64,000 nt of DNA from Methanomassiliicoccales archaeon. Its GTDB lineage: Archaea; Thermoplasmatota; Thermoplasmata; Methanomassiliicoccales; UBA472. This document shows, one piece after another, positions 58,734-64,000 of this stretch. The position numbers and the translations under genes were made by a program. The notes below the pieces were generated by a model. The model worked only from the letters and a program-made list of their open reading frames with translations. It did no database searches and had not been told where the DNA came from. The stretch is from contig DATKZX010000022.1 in NCBI GenBank assembly GCA_035527755.1, positions 21,863 through 85,862 on the forward strand, read 5' to 3'. Within the stretch, counting starts at the first letter, position 1. Every line of letters begins with the position of its first letter.

Positions 58734-59012
58734 ATGTTAGAGGAGGCTTCTGAACTTATAGGGATGCAGGTGTACACGCCCAACGGAGTGTTCCTGGGCA
58801 ATGTGAACAATTTGGTGATCGACGTGGAGAACCGTAAGGTTGACGGGCTCTTCGTCAGCGAGTCCAATCCCTTGCTGGTGGAGGACTCCAAGGCAGTCAA
58901 CGTACCCTTCCGCTGGATACAGGCCATCGGAGATATCGTTCTCTTGAAATACTTCCCCAAGAGGGTGACCGCGAGGCGCCCCGGCTCTGCTCCCAAACCG
59001 GCCGAGAAGTAA
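58734..59012 (+). CDS. PRC-barrel protein (CdpB1-like)
   Basis: LIGMQVYTPNGVFLG.V...VPFRWIQAIGDIVLL. Confidence 0.88.
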   Translation: MLEEASELIGMQVYTPNGVFLGNVNNLVIDVENRKVDGLFVSESNPLLVEDSKAVNVPFRWIQAIGDIVLLKYFPKRVTARRPGSAPKPAEK

Positions 59013-59049
59013 GGCCAACGTTTTATCTTTTCAAGTCACTCTCTAACCT

Positions 59050-59547
59050 ATGGTCGAGCGTAAGGTCTACGTAGACCCCACCGCGGTTATAATCGGTGAT
59101 GTTGAGCTGGAAGAAGGGGTCTCTATCTGGCCTACAGCGGTTCTTCGTGGCGATGCCAGCAGCATACGCGTGGGGGCGGGTAGCAACGTTCAGGAGGGTG
59201 CAGTGTTGCATACCGGCCCTGATTTTCCAACTGTCATTGGCAAGTTCGTGACCATAGGCCATGGAGCGGTCATCAACGGCGCCATCGTGGGCGACCGCTG
59301 CATAATTGGCATCAATTCTACGATACTTGACGGTGCCATCATCGGGGATGAGTGCATCGTCGGGGCCAATGCCTTGGTGACCAGCATGTCCGTCATTCCA
59401 CCTCGATCGGTAGTGATGGGACTGCCGGGAAAGGTCGTTCGGCATAACGACAGCAGTATCAGGGAAAAGGCCGAAAGGAGCGCCCTGAGCTATCAGAGAC
59501 TTAAGGACCGGTATCTCGAAGGGCAATACCCTCGCAAGAAATTTTGA
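59050..59547 (+). CDS. Gamma carbonic anhydrase family (YrdA/PaaY-like) protein
   Basis: IIGDV, AVLRGD, SNVQE, TIGHGA, hexapeptide repeats, G.PGK. Confidence 0.9.
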   Translation: MVERKVYVDPTAVIIGDVELEEGVSIWPTAVLRGDASSIRVGAGSNVQEGAVLHTGPDFPTVIGKFVTIGHGAVINGAIVGDRCIIGINSTILDGAIIGDECIVGANALVTSMSVIPPRSVVMGLPGKVVRHNDSSIREKAERSALSYQRLKDRYLEGQYPRKKF

Positions 59548-59596
59548 GAGGGCCGAGTGGTATTTTAATTCTCCAGTAGTATATCAATAATCAGCC

Positions 59597-60295
59597 ATGG
59601 AAGAGATAGTAGTATTGGAGAACGTGGTCAAGGAGTACCGTAACGGGGAACGGGCGGTAAGAGCGGTCAACGGAGTCAGCCTGAGCATCGAGCGGGGTAG
59701 CTTCGTGGTCGTGCTTGGCCCCAGTGGCTCAGGCAAGACCACCCTGCTGAACATAATCTCGGGACTGGTCAGCCCCACCTCTGGCCAGGTTCGGGTGGCT
59801 GGTAAGGACATCAGCGCCATGACCGACACCCAGGCCACCAGATTTCGGGCGGATTCCGTCGGTTTCGTCTTCCAGTTCTTCAATCTATTCCCCACCCTCA
59901 CTGTTCTCGAGAACGTGGAGATCGGGCTAGCCCTGAAGATAAAAGACCCCATGGAACTGAGGGAACGGTCCATTAGATACCTGAAAATGGTGGGGTTGGA
60001 GGACATGGAGAGCAAATTCCCAGACCAACTTTCAGGAGGGGAGCAGCAGAGGGTCTCGGTAGCCAGGGCAGTGGCAAGCCAACCGGAACTGCTTATAGCC
60101 GACGAACCCACCGGCAATTTGGATGCTGAGACCGGGGAGACCGTCTGGGCATTACTGCGGAACATGAACAGAGAGACCGGTACCACGGTCATCGCTGTCA
60201 CCCACTGGGCCGAGGCCGCGGAGTTCGCCGATAAGACATTGTATTTGCGTTCCGGCAGGATCGAGCGGATATCCGGGCCGGGGGCAGGTCGATGA
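59597..60295 (+). CDS. LolD/MacB-type ABC ATP-binding protein
   Basis: GPSGSGKTT, GFVFQFFNL, LSGGEQQR, ADEPTGNLD. Confidence 0.94.
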   Translation: MEEIVVLENVVKEYRNGERAVRAVNGVSLSIERGSFVVVLGPSGSGKTTLLNIISGLVSPTSGQVRVAGKDISAMTDTQATRFRADSVGFVFQFFNLFPTLTVLENVEIGLALKIKDPMELRERSIRYLKMVGLEDMESKFPDQLSGGEQQRVSVARAVASQPELLIADEPTGNLDAETGETVWALLRNMNRETGTTVIAVTHWAEAAEFADKTLYLRSGRIERISGPGAGR

Positions 60296-62628
60296 ACCGG
60301 TACCTGTACCGAAAAATGAACCGGGAGCTACGCCGGATGGGATTCCGTGCCATTGGAGCGGGGTTGCTGATACTTCTAGCCGTCTCGATGTACGTGGGGA
60401 TGGGGACCATGATGCCATCCGCCGAGGAGTCTCTAGAACTGAGAGTGGATGCGTTGAACCTGAACGACCTGATCATCCGTACGGGATTCGCTTCCACTGA
60501 AATTCTGGATGATCTAGAAGGCATCAATGGAGTTGAGGCGGCGGAGGCGCGGTTGAACTTAGCATCCAGGATCTTGGCAGAAAAAGAGATGGCCGCCACG
60601 CTTATCGGCCTGGATACCGACGCCCCACCGGGAATAAACAAACTTGAGTTCACCCAAGGACGCTGGTTCGAAGGTCCTGGAGAGGCAGTATTGGAGAAAG
60701 GGTCCGCAAAAAAGGCTGGGATCGCCCTGGGGGACAGCGTTTCGATCCTGACCGAAGGGGGATGGAGCGAACTTGAGGTCGTTGGCCTGGTCAACTCCCC
60801 GGAGTTCCTCTTCCTGCCCATCAATCCACAGTCGATCAATCCGGTCCCGGGTAACTTGGTCGTGGTCTACCTACCCATGACCTGGCTGCAAGACAGCTTC
60901 AGCCTAGGGACAGATACGGCCAATGAGTTCGTCTTCCTTCTCGATGACCAGGGGGCAGAGGCAATGATCGATCTGGCCTTGGCCAGTGAGACCATTCTCT
61001 TCAAGTTGCACCAGGAGGATATTTATGGATACGCATTGATCAAGGAGGACCTTGGGCAAGGAGACTCCTTCATGGGGGTCATCGCCGGCCTCATATTGAT
61101 TGTGGCCTTCTTCGTGGTCTATTCATCCTTCGCCCGCATGGTGCAGGAACAGCGCAGGGAGATAGGTATCCTGCGCGCCCTGGGTTACGGACGAATGAAC
61201 ATCCTGCTCTCCTATCTTTACTTGGCCTTGCTGGTAGGGGGCATCAGTTCCCTATTGGGCCTGGCTTTGAGCCTGCCTATAGGCCAGGCACTGTCGGATT
61301 ACTACGTGGAATTAATGTTCAGCGCCCCGTCAGCAAAGATCGTCCTGGAACCTTCATATTTCATAATCGGTGGCCTCTTCGGCCCTCTCACCGCGGTCCT
61401 GGCCAGCCTGATTGCTGTCTGGGGAACGTTGCGAATGGAGCCAGAACAGGCCATCAAGGGGGCGGGACTGGTAGGGAAGAGGACCAAGGGTCGGGGCAGG
61501 ATCTCCAAGCCCCGCAGGGCCAATTACATGTTATTGTACGCCGTCCGAAAGATGACCCGGCAAAAAGGCCGGACCTCCCTGTTGGTCCTGGCGGTGTCCT
61601 TCTCTGTGGTCATGGGGAGCATGAGCTTCCTTATGATAGCTAGCTTTCAGAACTCCATCGTAGCTACGGTGGAGGAGGGGGAAGGATGGGACCTGATGAC
61701 CGATCTCGCCTATCCAGTCGACCGCTTCACCGCCGAGGGGCTGGGTGGACCAGGAGTGCTCCAAGTGGTCCCTGTGGCCCGTATGGCCGTGGATTGGGTG
61801 GCGGAAGAGAACGGAACTGCCGTCGCAATTGGTCTGGACTGGGAACAGGACCTCCATCGTTTTTCGCTCAGCCAAGGCATCGCCCCCGATTCTCCGGGGG
61901 AGGCCATGGTGTCCTTCTTGTTCAACAAAGATACCTCGCTGGGGGTTGGGGACCGATTATCTCTATCGACCTCCAGGGGACTGACCGAGGTGACCGTTGT
62001 AGGGGTGACCTTTGATTCCATAGGTCAGATCTTCTTTGATGGTTCGGTGGCCGAGGCCCTGTCCGATGGCCAGGTGTACAGCGGAGCGTACCTCTTGGTT
62101 GAGGAGGGGGAGCTCGACGCGGTCAAGGCCTCCCTACTGGCCTCACCGATCGTAGCCGATATTCAAGAAAGGAACAGCCTGGAATCGGGCATGCTGGACA
62201 TGATGTCCAGCTATAACGAGGTGCTATACATTTTCGGCCTGATCTCGGTGCTAATATCGGCCATAGCTATTTCCAACATTGTATACGTGAGCGTACTGGA
62301 GCGGAGGGTGGAGTACGGACAGTTAAGGGCACTTGGATATCAACGGAGGGACGTAGGCCGCAGCGTGTACCTGGAGGTGGTCCTACTGGTGACCTTGGGC
62401 TCACTGATGGCCATACCCCTATTATTTGGGGTGATGGAGGGGCTCAATGAGAGCTTTCGCACCTTCTTTCCCCTGTACCGCACCATACTGCACCCGGCAG
62501 ATTGGTACGGGTACGGGGTGATCGTGGGAATGACCTTCCTATTGGGCCTGATCGCCGCTTGGCCCGCCACCAGGATCATATCCGGCCTGGACCTGGCAAA
62601 GACGGTCACTGGTGGGCGCTTTGGTTGA
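60292..62628 (+). CDS. FtsX/MacB-type ABC permease (duplicated)
   Basis: EQRREIGILRALG and ERRVEYGQLRALG motifs, two extracellular domains. Confidence 0.92.
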   Translation: MNRYLYRKMNRELRRMGFRAIGAGLLILLAVSMYVGMGTMMPSAEESLELRVDALNLNDLIIRTGFASTEILDDLEGINGVEAAEARLNLASRILAEKEMAATLIGLDTDAPPGINKLEFTQGRWFEGPGEAVLEKGSAKKAGIALGDSVSILTEGGWSELEVVGLVNSPEFLFLPINPQSINPVPGNLVVVYLPMTWLQDSFSLGTDTANEFVFLLDDQGAEAMIDLALASETILFKLHQEDIYGYALIKEDLGQGDSFMGVIAGLILIVAFFVVYSSFARMVQEQRREIGILRALGYGRMNILLSYLYLALLVGGISSLLGLALSLPIGQALSDYYVELMFSAPSAKIVLEPSYFIIGGLFGPLTAVLASLIAVWGTLRMEPEQAIKGAGLVGKRTKGRGRISKPRRANYMLLYAVRKMTRQKGRTSLLVLAVSFSVVMGSMSFLMIASFQNSIVATVEEGEGWDLMTDLAYPVDRFTAEGLGGPGVLQVVPVARMAVDWVAEENGTAVAIGLDWEQDLHRFSLSQGIAPDSPGEAMVSFLFNKDTSLGVGDRLSLSTSRGLTEVTVVGVTFDSIGQIFFDGSVAEALSDGQVYSGAYLLVEEGELDAVKASLLASPIVADIQERNSLESGMLDMMSSYNEVLYIFGLISVLISAIAISNIVYVSVLERRVEYGQLRALGYQRRDVGRSVYLEVVLLVTLGSLMAIPLLFGVMEGLNESFRTFFPLYRTILHPADWYGYGVIVGMTFLLGLIAAWPATRIISGLDLAKTVTGGRFG

Positions 62629-62780
62629 GAAGGCGATCTGTCCACCTTTCCCAGCATGCAGGGCGGTCATCCGAGATAGAATATATAAGCGCCATGCTAT
62701 CACCCTACACGCTTCGCGGGAGCAGTGACCGGCCGTGAATAGTCCTGATGACCTCAGATGCCATCCAGGGAGGATTTGAT

Positions 62781-64000
62781 TTGAAAAGTTGGAACCCCAA
62801 TATCGAGGAGATGCCACGTGCCCAGTTGGACCGTCTCCAATTGAAGTTGCTAAAGTTACAGACCAACAAGATGTACGACTTCTCTCCCTTCTATCACGAG
62901 CGCATGAGGGCGGCGGGAGTGATGCCGAGCGACATCAAAACGTTGGCTGATGTGAAGAAGCTTCCGTTCATGACCAAGAAGGACCTGCGGGATGGCTACC
63001 CGAACAAATTGTTCATGTGCGATCGTAGCGAGCTCATACGCTACCACGCTTCCTCAGGTACCACTGGGAAGCCTACCATCGTCGGCTATACCCGCAATGA
63101 TCTGGAGAACTGGTCAGAATCGTTGGCCCGGGCCATGACCTCCGTAGGCCTAGGAAAGGACGATATCATCCAGGTCAGCAATACCTATGGACTGTTCTCC
63201 GGAGGGCTGGGATTCCACTACGCCATCGAGAAGATGGGGGCGGTGGTGGTGCCGGCGTCCACCGGCAACACCGAGAGACAGATCGAGCTCATACGTGATC
63301 TGGAGGTCACGGCCATTGCCGCCACTCCCTCCTACCTTATGTACCTGGGAGAGGTGGCTGCCAAGATGGGCATCGATATCAAGAAGGACACCAAACTACG
63401 CATCGGACTTCTGGGTGCGGAGCCGTGGAGCGATCGTATGCGCGATCGCATCTACGAGACCATGGGCGTCAAGGGCATAAACTGCTATGGGGCCAGCGAA
63501 CTTTCCGGACCGCTGTTTTCAGAATGTTCAGAACAGCAGGGGATACACATCTGGGGAGATCTGGCATTGGTGGAGATCGTCGATCCTGACACCGGTGAGC
63601 CTTTGGGACCGGGGGAGAGAGGGGAGATGGTCATAACCATGCTGCAGAAGGAGGCGCTGCCCATCGTCCGATACCGTATGGGCGACATAACCACTCTCAA
63701 CGATGAGGTCTGTGCCTGCGGCCGGACGCACCCGCGCATCAACAGGATACAAGGCCGGGTGGACGATATGATTATTATTCGCGGGATCAATGTATTCCCC
63801 TCGCAAGTGGAGCATTCATTGATGCAACACCCCGAGCTGGGCAACGAGTTCCAGCTCGTTGTGGACCGCAAGGGGCATATGGACAGCATGCTGGTGCGTG
63901 TGGAGCTGAAACCTGAGGCCTTCACGGACAACATCATCGAGCTCAACGCCCTGCGAGAAAGGATATCCAACCGGCTGAAGGGGACGCTGAACGTATCGGC
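62781..64000 (+). CDS. paaK: Phenylacetate-CoA ligase family protein (3'-partial)
   Basis: Manual translation from TTG after GGGAGG: LPFMTKKDLR, HASSGTTGKP, GAEPWS, YGASE, RYRMGD, GRVDDM; runs off the window so absent from the ORF track. Confidence 0.92.
   Translation, partial: MKSWNPNIEEMPRAQLDRLQLKLLKLQTNKMYDFSPFYHERMRAAGVMPSDIKTLADVKKLPFMTKKDLRDGYPNKLFMCDRSELIRYHASSGTTGKPTIVGYTRNDLENWSESLARAMTSVGLGKDDIIQVSNTYGLFSGGLGFHYAIEKMGAVVVPASTGNTERQIELIRDLEVTAIAATPSYLMYLGEVAAKMGIDIKKDTKLRIGLLGAEPWSDRMRDRIYETMGVKGINCYGASELSGPLFSECSEQQGIHIWGDLALVEIVDPDTGEPLGPGERGEMVITMLQKEALPIVRYRMGDITTLNDEVCACGRTHPRINRIQGRVDDMIIIRGINVFPSQVEHSLMQHPELGNEFQLVVDRKGHMDSMLVRVELKPEAFTDNIIELNALRERISNRLKGTLNVS

Noticed and set aside
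62730..62790. Hammerhead ribozyme suggested by CTGATGA
   Set aside because: GAAA does not directly follow the candidate stem II and stems I/III cannot be formed.

Overview
GC-rich archaeal chromosomal segment from a methanogen, most likely Methanomassiliicoccales/Thermoplasmatota (inferred from methanogenesis marker 8, aIF2-gamma, aIF5B, L7Ae/S28e/L24e/S6e, archaeal Elp3 and an Msr-like regulator). It is densely coding, about 65 CDS: purSLQ, RbkR, a split translation superoperon, a GGR/ALDH cluster, a 2-oxoacid:ferredoxin oxidoreductase, a MoxR/DUF58/transglutaminase operon, ilvE, three ABC transporters, a glycosylation cluster, Cdc48, two PRC-barrel proteins, Trx/TrxR and a partial paaK. No rRNA, tRNA, CRISPR array, transposase or integrase was recognised by eye. 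The strongest leads are: (i) a small candidate activator regulon (double-wHTH protein, 3-TM partner, surface protein) tied together by three copies of a 17-bp palindrome next to BRE/TATA; (ii) a circularly permuted SsuA/NMT1-type binding protein; (iii) a putative isoprenoid-modifying operon inserted into a conserved translation operon; (iv) a recurring AAACC+pyrimidine 3' signal and exact TGATCA junctions between convergent genes; (v) a K-loop in the rpl7ae leader. All calls come from motif recognition; no searches were run.
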